From: Octopus bimaculoides
Lineage: Eukaryota
Assembly: GCF_001194135.2 (NCBI RefSeq)
Contig: NC_068992.1
Span: 29,775,792-29,839,791, forward strand
DNA: 64,000 bases
Reading direction: 5' to 3'
The first letter of the stretch is position 1; every line of letters starts with the position of its first letter. Made by a program: the position numbers and the translations under genes. Under the pieces are notes generated by a model, which made no database searches, was not told the DNA's origin, and was given only the letters and a program-made list of their open reading frames with translations. Below, one piece after another: positions 1-13,411 of this stretch.

Positions 1-447
1 AGACATTTTGGATCGATATTATGCTTCTGATGCCTTGTTTTCATTTAGGTACAGACGGTCAACGTCACTGTTAATGAGGAAATTATTTGTGCTTGTTAGT
101 ATTTTTCAATTTTTGACAACAATGGTTTGGATTTCATGAAGCGTCCGATCAAGCAGCCCAAATGTTGGTATGAGTACTGGCACTGCCAACACAATGAGGG
201 CCTCGCTTTTATGAATGCAAATAATTTCATTTGTTTATTCGACTATAATATTCTTTAGTGACACGTGTTTTCTTACAGATGCCATTGTAAAATATTTTCA
301 TCCACCTACAGATACCTGTAAAATTCCTCATTAGATGTAAGGAAAACAGTCAAGTCACAGAGATGCTGCTAGTCTGGTTTACATTCTTGCCTCTTTTGAC
401 AAGCATATAACAACATTTATCCTGACCAAACTCCAGTTCTATATCCT
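1..447 (-). mobile_element. R4/Dong-like (REL-clade) non-LTR retrotransposon, copy 1: 5'-truncated, decayed end of RT domain into thumb region; runs off the window edge
   Basis: Minus-strand translation gives KDIELEFGQDKC, then FYRYL*VDEN, then [46 protein letters not shown], matching RT motifs DIxMxFGxDKC / YKYLG and the HxNSDxDRLYL thumb motif of R2/R4-type elements; stops and frameshifts present. Confidence 0.85.
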
Positions 448-1920
448 TATGTATGTATGTCATAACTCAGTTTATTTCAAAATTTCTTGTCGGTAGTGGA
501 AGAATAGATTTTTAACCTAGATACAAAACTTCTTCATTGGAATTTCAACATCAACATCACAGTATTTTTGTATGTATGTATGTATGTATGTATGTATGTA
601 TGTATGTATGTATGTATGTATGTATGTATGTATGTATGTATGCATGTATATATGTATGTATGTATGTATATATGTATGTATGTTCAGATTTGTATACTTT
701 ATGTATGCATTCTCATGCATACAGTTGCGTATCTAGAAATGTTCATATATATTTAAATGATAAACTTCTGGTCCCAGTGATGGATTCGATCTGTAGTCTT
801 CCAATTAGCTTTCTCTTTCTGGTTTTGAGAAGCTTAATTTCTTAAGATTGCTGTTTAGGCAGTGTACCCCAATAATTACAAGTATAAACCTGAACTTGCA
901 ATCTAGATAGTTAACTGCAGATTTCTCAATAGTTCAGCATAGGTGTTCTCTCTTTCACTGATCTTCACCTTTAGGTTAACATCGGCTGGGAAGTTAATTT
1001 CCACAATTGTGCACAGTTTCTATTCTCTGTTCAAAATCATTATATCAGGTCTGTTGTGATTACATTTTATTGAGGTCTTCACAGGGATATTCCACCTGCA
1101 TTCCTTTCTATTATGAGTGGCTATGGCTTCTACCGTATTGTAGGTTCTTATTTCATTGCCCTTGGATTTATCTTTCTGACGGATTTCATTATAGTGTCTG
1201 CTAGCTACGACATCATGTCTCATGAGTAGATAGTACCGTGTTGATTTTCTGACAACTGCTTATGATGTGCGTGATATATACAGTGTAAACTCCACAAAGT
1301 CTGCATCGGTTGTCACACGTTACTGATTTTTTGCATCTCTATCCCTTTTGTGCCTCAGATACTTGTTTGATATTTCCTGTTCTTGGTTTGCAAACGCATA
1401 CTCTTCAAATTGAGAAATAGTAATCCAGCTATTGATTCATGACAGACTGCTTTGATGATCAATGTCCCTATCATCACGGAGCTTCCTATTAACACATCGA
1501 TGCATAGTCTTTTGCTCACACATGCTCATCCTTTCAACTGATGATACATTTCGGTAGAGTTGTGCGACTATTTTGGGCATGTATTCTAGGTTATCAGACA
1601 AAGAGTGTTGCTCAAAGCGCTGCCTTCCAAGTCTTATGATGTTATCAGTCTTAGGTTTTCAAACTTGGTCAAGGGATGCACCTCGACGCTTGGTGGTTAA
1701 AAGATGTTGCCGGAGGGATATAATGCGAGATGCAAAGGCAATTTGGGTCTATGTAAAGCCTCTGCCTCCTTGTTTTGGTTTTAGGTAGATGTTGTCTCCG
1801 TCACAGTTTATGTGGAAATTATTTGTGCTTGTTAATACTTTTCGGGCTTTCACATCAATGATTTGAATCTCATCAAGCATCCAATCAAGCAACCCAAATG
1901 TTGGTATAAGTACACAGCTT
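448..1920 (-). mobile_element. R4/Dong-like LINE, copy 2: 5'-truncated; thumb, CCHC zinc knuckle, REL endonuclease, 3'UTR and (CATA)3 tail
   Basis: [53 protein letters not shown] (ORF 1749-2054), CRLCGVYTVYITHIISSC (CX2CX8HX4C), RHD, WNIPVKTSIKCNHNRPDIMILNRE then KKLCTIVEINFPAD...ERENTYAELLRNLQ. The 3'UTR aligns with 45300-45514. Confidence 0.9.
570..682 (+). repeat. (TATG)n microsatellite lying inside the 3'UTR of LINE copy 2
   Basis: Direct reading; both flanks align to contiguous 3'UTR sequence of the copy at 44980-45514. Confidence 0.9.
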
Positions 1921-2100
1921 TGTATGTATGTATGTATGTATGTATGTATGTATGTATGTATGTATGTATGTATGTATGCATGTATGCATGTATGATATAT
2001 GTATGTATGATATATGCATGTGTGTATGTATATATGTATGTATGATATATGCATGTGTGTATGTATGTATGCAGGTCTGTCTGTGTGTGTGCGTGTGCAT
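1921..2100 (+). repeat. (TATG)n / (TG)n compound microsatellite at the 5' junction of LINE copy 2
   Basis: Direct reading of the tandem tetramer and degenerate derivatives. Confidence 0.95.
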
Positions 2101-2949
2101 GTGAGCTAGGAGTTTTATTTACTTTATGGACCTCATTAACTGTATTCACTAATGCGATACAAAGTACAAAATATAAATTTCTCCGAAGTCGGAGTCAGCT
2201 TCAGAAGGAGTCATTTGGGAATATGCAATGATCAAATTTCGTATAGAGTCGAGTGTAGGCAATATTCTGTTATCGAACATATGAAAGATTTTCTGATTTT
2301 CTAAGCTGTATGTACCTCCTGGCAATCAGTGGTAATAAATAAATCCAGCAAACAAACATTCCAGAATCCTTTTAGTTATAGAGTACATGGAAAATCTACG
2401 GAATATGTTTAGTAGTGTTATCTCGTAGATATCTGTAATGGATAAAAGGCATGGTGCCGTAGCAATGCCATCTTTGAACACGTAACAGTGACACTACCAA
2501 CATTAGCAATGTATTAACTTAAGCGCGCTATTTATGACTGTAAACCCGAACTATTATACATTCGGCCAGTCACAATTCCTTCACACAAATTTAATATACA
2601 TTAACTTTTGTAAAGGCCAGCAGCAATAATGTGCCTCTTCAAATGCTAACTTTCCAGGAAAAAGTGTATATAAATCGAAAATAGTAATAAAAAATGCATC
2701 TACTAATGGAAATACTATTAGTTGAGCTATTAGTAACTGTTTAATATTCGGTGTACAATCTACCATTATATTTTAAAGCTTCATTTCATGGCAGTAAAAT
2801 TGTCGATTCTCGAGCGCTAAAGATTCAGCCTGAGGCTGTTAATGCCTCCAGCTGCTAATAGATAACAGAAAACGAATATTGAAAGAAATAATGAATAACA
2901 AGCTGTTCAGATTACTTCTAATATTTATATTGCACACGAAAGTAATGAA

Positions 2950-3090
2950 ATGGCAGGAACGGTAGGGAACTGGACTGAATGCCTTCCGGTATTATAATAC
3001 GTTTGTATTCAAATCCCATCGGTCTTTGTTTTTATAGAATAAACAACATAAGTAACAGTAATATACTTGAGTCGATTAAATTGAATATAT
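2950..3090 (+). mobile_element. Degraded tRNA-derived SINE fragment, same family as 46862-47087
   Basis: TGGCAGGAACGGTAG...TGCCTTCCGGTATT...ACGTTTGTATTCAAATCC...AAGTAACAGT...GAGTCGAT follows the motif order of the better-preserved copy. Confidence 0.45.
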
Positions 3091-4564
3091 TCATTTTCTA
3101 CTAATATGTGGCTTGTAATAAATTTAGAAACCAATATTTATGATTACCCTCTTGAGTATAATTATTAAAAGATCATGAGTTTAAAAATGTATGTTCGATT
3201 CAGAATTAGACTTTCATTCTACAATATCTCAACTGTATGCATAGTTTGGAAATATATGACGCTTTCTGTGATTATGTATATAACCTGCACTCCTATACAG
3301 AAATGTATAAATTGGTTTTTATTCATTTGATATTTTGAGATATATTTCATATCACGACTGATATTTAAAATAAATCCAACATTTGATTGTTGCTATTTCT
3401 TTAAATATATTAAGAATAAAAAAGTATTAATAATAATGAGATATGTTTGAGATGCTTCAACGAGAGCATCAGGGTCGCCATTCGACGCAGTTAGGATGGT
3501 ACTTAGAACGCTTAAGTGAGATTATATGTATATATCAGTGAATTGTTCATTGGCTTCGATTTTGAAGGTCTAAATGAAGTTCCTCTCGTGAAAATAATAT
3601 ATAAGGACTCATTATACTAGAGACGCGTATGCTCTTAACGCAAACATTACACTTAGCGTGATATACTATAACAGAGCTAAACATCTGCAATCCAGAAAGA
3701 ATGCGAGAGAAAAGGATCGATCACTGTAATTTACTGCTATTTTTTTACGACCACGGAAGATGAAGGGCAATGTTAGCTCTGGCGTGTAGTCAATTGAGAG
3801 CGGCAGAACGAATATCGCAAGATAATGTATCTGCAGTTTCAAAACTCTAGTAATTCACCGCACTAAATCTGTGTAGCGTTATTGAATTAGAGGCTAATTC
3901 TTGATGTGGCTGATACTTAAATTTCCTAAAATACTTGGTCATTTTTATATCAGTTAACCCATGGGTTGCCTCATCTCACGCCCTTTGATTTTAAAACTCA
4001 GATAACACCAGTAATTCATATATTGATATTAGTGAATATTGATTATCAAGTGTATAATGAAGTAGCTTCCAAAGTAATAACGAATTGAATATAATACATA
4101 AAAAGAAATGATCTACTTCTTTTCGGAAACAAAGGAACCGAAAATATTTTTTATCAATATAAGCGTTATATGTTAACTAGAATTGGCAATCAACTTGCAT
4201 AATTTGGAGTTCGGATGAAATGTAACAGATATATATGTTATTAATTTTGGCCATTTTTGCCAATTTACCTGAAGAGTAAACAAATATATTAGACATTTAA
4301 CTGTCACGTTATAAAAGTTTTGATTTTTACGTTTTCTATGAATTGATGAGTTAACAAGTTCTAATTAATCACTTTAATGAATCAGGCTGATCAAGCTCTA
4401 ATGATTAATCATTGTGTTTCAATGAGTGTTTATCATAAAATGAAACCACCAAAAGTATTTTCTTTAATTAACACTATAGATAATGTCTGAATACTTTAGT
4501 TGTTATTATAAAACTTTGTTTTTCGAAGGAAAGAAACGGCATAGTTCTTGCATTTAACATTAGC

Positions 4565-4711
4565 ATCTCTCTCTCTGTCTGTCTCTCTCTGTCTGTCTCT
4601 CTCTGTCTGTCTCTCTCTCTCTATCTCTGTCTCTTCTCAAATATCTTTTAATTTCAGTATATGTGTGTATAGATGTGTGTATATGTATATGTATAAATAT
4701 ATATATATATA
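4565..4711 (+). repeat. (CT)/(CTGT) and (TA)/(TG) compound microsatellite before a gap
   Basis: Direct reading. Confidence 0.9.
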
Positions 4712-5374
4712 NNNNNNNNNNNNNNNNNNNNNNNNNNNNNNNNNNNNNNNNNNNNNNNNNNNNNNNNNNNNNNNNNNNNNNNNNNNNNNNNNNNNNNNNN
4801 NNNNNNNNNNNNNNNNNNNNNNNNNNNNNNNNNNNNNNNNNNNNNNNNNNNNNNNNNNNNNNNNNNNNNNNNNNNNNNNNNNNNNNNNNNNNNNNNNNNN
4901 NNNNNNNNNNNNNNNNNNNNNNNNNNNNNNNNNNNNNNNNNNNNNNNNNNNNNNNNNNNNNNNNNNNNNNNNNNNNNNNNNTATATATATATATATATGC
5001 GTAAATGGGAGACCGAATTTCTGTATATTCCAGTCTGAGTTTGTGTGCGTATATATGTAGATATCATTGTGAATATTTCTGCGAGATTGCATCAAAGAAA
5101 CATCCGGAAATTGCCCAGGCCCACTTACTTAGCATTTCTATAAATTCGCAGGGATTTCAATTAAGTGGGTTGTTTAGCATAAAACAAAGGTACGTTTTAC
5201 CAAAACTGTTGATTACAGAATATTCCTCTATTTTTATCAGGAATAGAGGACATTTGATTTTAATCGTTATGACGTTTACAACCTAATCAGTGAAATATTA
5301 TGGCTGTTATAATTATATGGTCATTAATGGCATTTACTGAGTGGGCTATTATTTTGATAAAAAAATTCCATTGG

Positions 5375-5436
5375 CATTCTTTGGGTTAAAGTAGAAATAT
5401 ATAATAGAATATTTCCACTTTTAACTCAAAGAATAT
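5375..5436. repeat. Short imperfect inverted repeat (about 25 bp arms)
   Basis: ATTCTTTGGGTTAAAGTAGAAATAT vs ATATTTCCACTTTTAACTCAAAGAAT. Confidence 0.7.
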
Positions 5437-8309
5437 CAACGATAAATTTATGGACCAGAGATATTGAAAGAATAAAAAAAAGTTATGATGGGATTTTTAT
5501 AGTATAAGTAGAGAAAACTTTCTTGAAATAAAATTCGAAAAAGTCACCAATCGGGATCAGGTGGTGCTTAAAATATTTTCAAAAGTGAACACGAAGCATT
5601 TTCTATATCAATGAAAAGGTTAGTTTATTACAGCACATAATTGTTGCGTGTTTCTTGTAGAATAACAAGGTTCTTGAAACTGGAATTATGACTTAAAGAA
5701 ATATCTCCCATAATTGGATTTTCTGAAATGTAGTTGTCTTTTCTAGATATCGACTTTCTATAAAGATCTCCTCGATATTGCAAAGATTTTACATAATTTC
5801 AAAATCTGACTCTCAACTCAAGTCAGAGAGAATGTTTTTGTTTGACAATCAAAACAACTTTCAATTATTGATCAGAGGTTTATTTTTCAAGTGAAAGAAT
5901 TTTATTCTGTCTGTCGATTATAAATAAAGAAGGAAAACAAAACAAAATATCGAGGTTTCTCTGACCCAGACGAAATATATAGTCAACAATAGAATCACGT
6001 GATAACTGGATGAATTTAAAGGCACCTTCCATCAAAATATTTAATTGGGTAATTTTTGTGAAATAATAGAAAAACATACGAATAAAATAAGAAATAGATT
6101 GTTCCCATTCGAATGAATAAATTCGTGCAGAGCCACAATTACAAACACACATACGTATGCGTGTTTATACTGTTTGTGTATATGTGAGAACACACATACA
6201 CACACACACGCACACACTAATATATAATCAGATATATGTAATAATATACCTAACATATATAAGCGTATGTAGGTAATATATATAATATATGTTTTCTGAT
6301 ATATAAAAATAATTTTACAATATATATACATACATACGTACATACATACATACATACATATATATATATATATATNNNNNNNNNNNNNNNNNNNNNNNNN
6401 NNNNNNNNNNNNNNNNNNNNNNNNNNNNNNNNNNNNNNNNNNNNNNNNNNNNNNNNNNNNNNNNNNNNNNNNNNNNNNNNNNNNNNNNNNNNNNNNNNNN
6501 NNNNNNNNNNNNNNNNNNNNNNNNNNNNNNNNNNNNNNNNNNNNNNNNNNNNNNNNNNNNNNNNNNNNNNNNNNNNNNNNNNNNNNNNNNNNNNNNNNNN
6601 NNNNNNNNNNNNNNNNNNNNNNNNNNNNNNNNNNNNNNNNNNNNNNNNNNNNNNNNNNNNNNNNNNNNNNNNNNNNNNNNNNNNNNNNNNNNNNNNNNNN
6701 NGTGTCAAGTATTTTTAAATTTGTCTTCCAGTACGTTTTACAATGTAAAACAGTATAAAAATCAATAGAATTTTTTCGAGGAGTAAATAGAAGATGGTTT
6801 AAAGATAGGTATAATCTCAAAACAAAATGAATAAAACACAGACAAGCGTCTTAGTCCACTAACTATATTCTCTTCGTTTGGCAAAACTTTTATATATTGC
6901 TTTTCAATAAAATATGTCAAAAAAGGAAACTCGTACGAACTTTCTGAATTCTATAATGGTATTTAATGTTATTGCAGCAACACACCTTTCCAGTTGTTTT
7001 TGTTTACTTTGTTAATAAAGAAGTAACTCTCCTTGCTGACAATTTCTATTCTAATAACAGAAATATCTTAACAAATTGTTGGAGTACTAAAGTTATGCGG
7101 TACAATGAAAGTATATTCTATTGGTGAAAGATGTATGTAAAGCAACAGCAAGGATGATTGGAACATTCTATGTCAAAGATAATTGTCCATAACTAGTGTC
7201 TCATTAATAAAATTGTTGTAACGCCACGTTAAAGAAACCCATCTCTAAAATACGTAAGGTAACTTCATTTCTAAATTAGTAACAAAGAGCAACACAATCG
7301 TTTGCATGTTTGTATAGGATGTAAAAGCAATATATCCGATGCCGGGTAATTTATTCACCCTAGTAAGTGTTTTTTTCTTTAAGAGTTATGATTTCAAGTA
7401 GACTTTGTTGAGAATAAACTGCATAGAAATATAACATTCATGTAGAATTGATATAAAGGTGCTGGCTGTCAAATCCACGATAATATAGAGCAACGATATA
7501 CACATTGACTTTGATAATAGCAACATACATATATGCACACAAACACAGACAAGCCTTTATACGAATGCGCGAGTAACTATCGTTAATATTTCAACTGTTA
7601 AATTCTCAATTCTGCTTTTTCATTACGAAATATTTTATAATCAACTATCATTGGAGAAACTTTACACACGCACACATGCTTATATACACACAAAGATACA
7701 CTAATAGAAATTGTAATATGCTCGAGACGTTACCACGCAAATTAGGTGAGACAGGCTTCATAATTTTACTACGTTAAATTTTCATTCTCGGATAAAGCAT
7801 CGGTGGGAGAGGTATGAATTAGGACTCGAGTTTAATGCAGTAACAAAAGGCATATCGTTTTGAAATAACGGCAGAAAAACCTCAAAAGAGATTCGTTATT
7901 TCCTCTTATTTTTTTACAATTTTAATTATTGTTCGAAGAACTTGTATCTCAATCGTTGTCCAGGTTTATAATAATCATTTTTAATGTTGAATTTTGTGCT
8001 TCACCCAACTGTGGTTTGTCAATTGCGGAACGGAGAGGATACATCGAACCAAAATTTAACTGAGTGATTTGAGAAATGCATAGTGATCAAATAATTTCAA
8101 GATTCAAATTAGTACTGTTGTGAATCCCATCGATAGAAAAATTAAATGTTGAGTCCTGATATTTTATTCTCGTAAACTCGCTAGTAATGGGTAACAGTAA
8201 TGCCGTGCTTAATTTTCTATATAAAGTACAATGTCTGCGAGAAATCATATATTTAATCTTGAGAAGCCAGGGACAATTTATGCATGCATTCGATTAACTT
8301 ACGAAGGGT

Positions 8310-8498
8310 TTAGATTGCCGTAACCAGCATCGAAATCTGTTGGAACAATTGTTTATTTTCTTCGATAATAGACTTACTCATAGCATATTATCAAACGTTG
8401 CACTTGACCTTTGACTGCGATTATCTAAATTGACACATTTGTTGCAGTAGTGTAGACCATAGTGCAAAAATGCTCTGCAGTTTCTACTGCAACCTATT
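8310..8498 (-). mobile_element. Possible heavily degraded mariner 5' fragment
   Basis: TA-ATAGGTTGCAGTAGAAACTGCAGAGCATTTTT resembles a mariner TIR next to a microsatellite; downstream sequence weakly recalls WFxRFxAG of the transposase HTH. Confidence 0.3.
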
Positions 8499-9689
8499 AT
8501 GTGTGTGTGCAATTGCGTATAAACATGTATATATATATATATATNNNNNNNNNNNNNNNNNNNNNNNNNNNNNNNNNNNNNNNNNNNNNNNNNNNNNNNN
8601 NNNNNNNNNNNNNNNNNNNNNNNNNNNNNNNNNNNNNNNNNNNNNNNNNNNNNNNNNNNNNNNNNNNNNNNNNNNNNNNNNNNNNNNNNNNNNNNNNNNN
8701 NNNNNNNNNNNNNNNNNNNNNNNNNNNNNNNNNNNNNNNNNNNNNNNNNNNNNNNNNNNNNNNNNNNNNNNNNNNNNNNNNNNNNNNNNNNNNNNNNNNN
8801 NNNNNNNNNNNNNNNNNNNNNNNNNNNNNNNNNNNNNNNNNNNNNNNNNNNNNNNNNNNNNNNNNNNNNNNNNNNNNNNNNNNNNNNNNNNNNNNNNNNN
8901 NNNNNNNNNNNNNNNNNNNNNNNNNNNNNNNNNNNNNNNNNNNNNNNNNNNNNNNNNNNNNNNNNNNNNNNNNNNNNNNNNNNNNNNNNNNNNNNNNNNN
9001 NNNNNNNNNNNNNNNNNNNNNNNNNNNNNNNNNNNNNNNNNNNNNNNNNNNNNNNNNNNNNNNNNNNNNNNNNNNNNNNNNNNNNNNNNNNNNNNNNNNN
9101 NNNNNNNNNNNNNNNNNNNNNNNNNNNNNNNNNNNNNNNNNNNNNNNNNNNNNNNNNNNNNNNNNNNNNNNNNNNNNNNNNNNNNNNNNNNNNNNNNNNN
9201 NNNNNNNNNNNNNNNNNNNNNNNNNNNNNNNNNNNNNNNNNNNNNNNNNNNNNNNNNNNNNNNNNNNNNNNNNNNNNNNNNNNNNNNNNNNNNNNNNNNN
9301 NNNNNNNNNNNNNNNNNNNNNNNTATATATATATATATATATATATGTACATACAGGCATACATGCATACATACATGCATATGATTATATTTATAGTTGT
9401 GTGTATAGCATCTGGTCATTCTTAGTGCTATTGACGTTGCGATTTAACCCAGTGCAATGTCAAAAGTTAAATCGGTAACCATCTCAAGTCCGTTTGCTAC
9501 GAAGTTTGGTTTTCGACTCACACGATGCGGAACACATCGCAAAATCGGCCGATAGCTGAAGAGGTCTACTGAGATAACGTCCACCCAACGTGTGTGGGAA
9601 GAAAAACCACAGAAATCCAGGTATCTCTATCTGCTGTTAGAGCATCCTTCAAGGAAAAGACTAATGTAAAACGAGCGGTTTCCCGTCAT

Positions 9690-9930
9690 AATTGAACATC
9701 TTGCTTTAGCCTGGTACTGAGTACTAATCATAGGGACACTCGTGCTACACAAGCGAAAGCTGTTAAAACACAATGACGTAAAGGTGGCTCTATATGGAGA
9801 ATTCATTTGGGATTTCCTCAACTACAAATGTTATGGCGAAGAAAGAATGTCGACTTGTGGAATCTGAGCCAGTTGGCCATGATATCTGCAGCAGGAATAG
9901 TCATCTGAATGTTCATGGATAAAAATGCCA
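9690..9930 (+). mobile_element. Probable RTE-clade LINE C-terminal relic
   Basis: Frameshifted translation VKVALYGE...GFPQL / NYK...MSTCGI*ASW resembles the RTE tail LYGEL..GRPxLRYKD..M..CGI..SWE. Confidence 0.4.
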
Positions 9931-10174
9931 TTGGCAAACAGAAAGCACAAAGAGATGACAATCAACTGTGAAAATGCAGCAATCAGTAAAACACACACAT
10001 ACAAACAGGCGCAAACACATACACATATGCATATATATGTATATACTAAGATATATACATACATACATATGTACATATGTATGTGTGTATATATGTATAT
10101 ATGTATATACAGAGATATAAGAGAGATACATACATATATACATACATACATATGTAAACACAAACACCCCCCCC

Positions 10175-10229
<55 letters not shown>

Positions 10230-11467
10230 ATGCGTGCGTGTGTGTGTTTGTGTGTGTGTATGCATGTACTATATATACACACACGCACAAACACACCTTC
10301 AGACTGTACCCAATCTAAATCTCGAGGTCTTAGTTAACTGTAAATTAAATCACATATAACTATGGGTTTAACTATGATATAAGCTTTGACATTTCTCGAT
10401 AATTATTATTTTATTTACAAAAGTAAGAGGAATCAAGACATATTTAAAAAAATTACACCTATCTCATTTGTTAGTCATAATCAAGTACACTGGATGAGCA
10501 TTACTATTCTATTCGAAATAAAATAAGATTGCACTTAGATCCAAATCAATTCCCAATAACATATATCTTCTGATATATGTGGTATAAGATGAAATAAATG
10601 CTTTTCATTAGCACCGCAGAAATCTACCAAAACCCTATTGTATTAATAGCTATAATGATGTATGAAATGAAAACAATTGCATATACATACCAAACTAAAA
10701 ACTGAATTGGAGTTTTAACGACGCGTTTGCACGTGTGGATTAAGCTGATATAAGAAAGATTTAGCATTTACAATGCTTGCGGGCAACGCTGTCACAATAT
10801 TTCATAAAACTTGGGAAAGAAATAATATCCATATAATTTGGTAAAGTAAAACTGGAAAGCACAGCCGGAAGAAAATATCGCTTCATATTTCACATTTGAC
10901 CTACGGCTTAGATCACGGCGAAGAAAAATTTGAAAGTCATATTTTCTCTTATTTCACGTTACTTTCTCATTTTTCGCTATACTCCTCTAGAGAACATAAA
11001 TTCGAATATAGTACAAGAATAGTGTATAAGTAGAAATATAATATGTTTACCCGTTCAAATACGTACGGACATAAATATAGAATATTTAAAAAGATAACTT
11101 TATATAAGCATATATGGAAGTTCTACTTGCATAATCTGTTCACAATATTTAACTACCTGCGAGTTTTTAAATGATATAGTAGCTATAAAACATTCTATAT
11201 AACATCATACACTCTATAGCTTTTAGAAAGAATTTACTTTCCAATATAAACGTTCGTCCGACTCCCTGACTGCATACATACATACATACATAAGCACACA
11301 CGCATACACAAATATATACATGTATATATGTGAAAAAAATATATATTTATATGTGTGCGTATGTAAGTTATGTATATATATATTTATTTGTGTGTGTTTG
11401 TAAGTTATGTATGTATATATATNNNNNNNNNNNNNNNNNNNNNNNNNNNNNNNNNNNNNNNNNNNNN

Positions 11468-11500
<33 letters not shown>

Positions 11501-11509
11501 CATATATAT

Positions 11510-12465
11510 GGGAGAATTCACGAAAATACAACAGATGAAGACAGGTGGTGTAAACAACAAATGGACGTATTAGTGTAACGCTCGGGAATAGAGAAACTCT
11601 TTAACGTTTCGAGCCTACGATCTTCAACTGAATTTCTCGGAAATTCGCGTAAATGAATATCCATGAAATAATAAATCAAGGGACGTTATTCTAGAAAGAA
11701 ATTTTGAAGTTTGACTCCCTTTGATTTGTCTTTTCGTTAAATCTCTCTTTTTTTTTGCATTATGTGTTTGGTTTTATTCTGGGCATGGTGTACTTATTCT
11801 TGTATATTGAGGTTGTACTTCATTGGAACATATTTCTTCTTTGTGTGGAGTATGTGACTTATTTCTTCTTTATTGTGTGAAGTTTGTGTGCTATGAGTAT
11901 TCACATTTATGAAGGGGCTATCCTGGTAGGGTTGCCTTCATTTATAGCTACCCTCGTTTATACTTCTTTAAAGTATATGAGAATGAAATGTTGTTTATGT
12001 AAGCAGCTAGAGAAGATTTCATCCCTAATGTTTCAGATGTCTGTTGATTGTATAATACTTAATTTTTCAGTAATACAGAGTTCACATTCGGGACTTCGTC
12101 CTCTGTATTCTTTGACTTCAGCAATAATTTTCCATTCTATTTTGGATTTGCTTATTCCGCCGTCTTTCAATGATCATACTAAATTTGATAGGGATGTGGC
12201 ATGTTTTTGTTTCTGTCTCTGAGTGAGGCAAGGTTTTGCGGATTCCTTTCTTTGAAGGAGTCTCCCGTTATTTCGATATACGTGTGTGGTATCCCTTTGG
12301 GATCTGTGATCTTGGCCTTGTATACGAGTTCTCTCTCGAGACAGTTGGTGTTTAGAGGGAAGCGGTTTGGGGATCTGAAGTTGCATTGATTTTGTGTGAC
12401 ATTTCTGGTGAGTTTACATTTATTGTGATTAAGTATTATTGATCTATATTGGGGAGACAAATAAC
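11510..12465 (-). mobile_element. Penelope-like element 3' portion: GIY-YIG endonuclease relic plus pseudo-LTR, ending in (TA)n
   Basis: CNFRSPNRFPLNTNCLERELVYKAKITDPKGIPHTYIEITGDSFKER (ORF 12179-12460), then HATSLSNLV*SLKDGG..IEWKII..CELCITEKLSII..IRDEIFSSCLHKQHF; typical PLE C-terminal GIY-YIG and CxLCxxEK..CRH motifs. Confidence 0.85.
11591..11638 (-). ncRNA. Candidate degenerate minimal type-I hammerhead ribozyme in the Penelope pseudo-LTR
   Basis: Minus strand GAGAAATTC-AG-TTGAAGA-TCGTAGGCTC-GAAACGTT-AAA-GAGTTTCTC: a 9-bp stem (one G-U) enclosing (C>T)TGAAGA...GAAA and the palindrome AACGTT. PLE pLTRs are known to carry such motifs. Confidence 0.5.
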
Positions 12466-12554
12466 GGTCACTTTAACAGTGTGTGAATGTGGGAAGTGGA
12501 TATCTATTAGTTTTAAGAATTTCTTAGTATGTTACTAGCCACATTCATGCTATA

Positions 12555-12591
<37 letters not shown>

Positions 12592-13379
12592 TAAGCATAT
12601 ACATATACCTATATAGATATATATACACATATACATATAAATACAGAAATACAAACATAGACACACAAACACACAAACACACATATATACTTACATATTT
12701 ATATCTTTGTACATCAGAGCATGTTTATATATTTTTGGAACGCATATGTACCTATACAACTACATATTCATGGGTGTCGGAGGATATGAATGCTCAGAAG
12801 CCATTCATACACCGGCAATAAAGTTAGACGAAACACCTGTAAGTTAATGCCATTAATCATTTATGAACAAACCCACAAGTTTTTCTTTTTTCTTCTATAT
12901 GTACTCAGTGATCTTCCTGTTTATGAACTCCAATGAAAGAATATTGGACTCTAAGACACGAGGTCTCTTGTTAGCTTGTTGTTTCGTTATATAAGGATGC
13001 ACAAAGTGTTAAAGAGCCGTTTATACATATATCAAGCAATTTATATAGAAATACACACATACATATATACATGCACACACAACACACACACATATCTATG
13101 TAAATACAGAGAAGGGAGGGAGAGAGAGGGAGAGAAAAAGATATATGTTTTTGTATGTATATATAAGTATGTATATATATACATATAAGTATGTATATAT
13201 ATACATATATATATAATATATATATATATGTATATGCATGTATGTATAGGTATATATATATATATATAGATAGTAAATAATAAGAAGCACACACGCACAA
13301 AGGCACACACATACCTTCATGCAGACGGGTTATCTTTTAGAGAAATAATTAAATTTCTTTTTCCATTCATACAGTAGGA

Positions 13380-13411
<32 letters not shown>

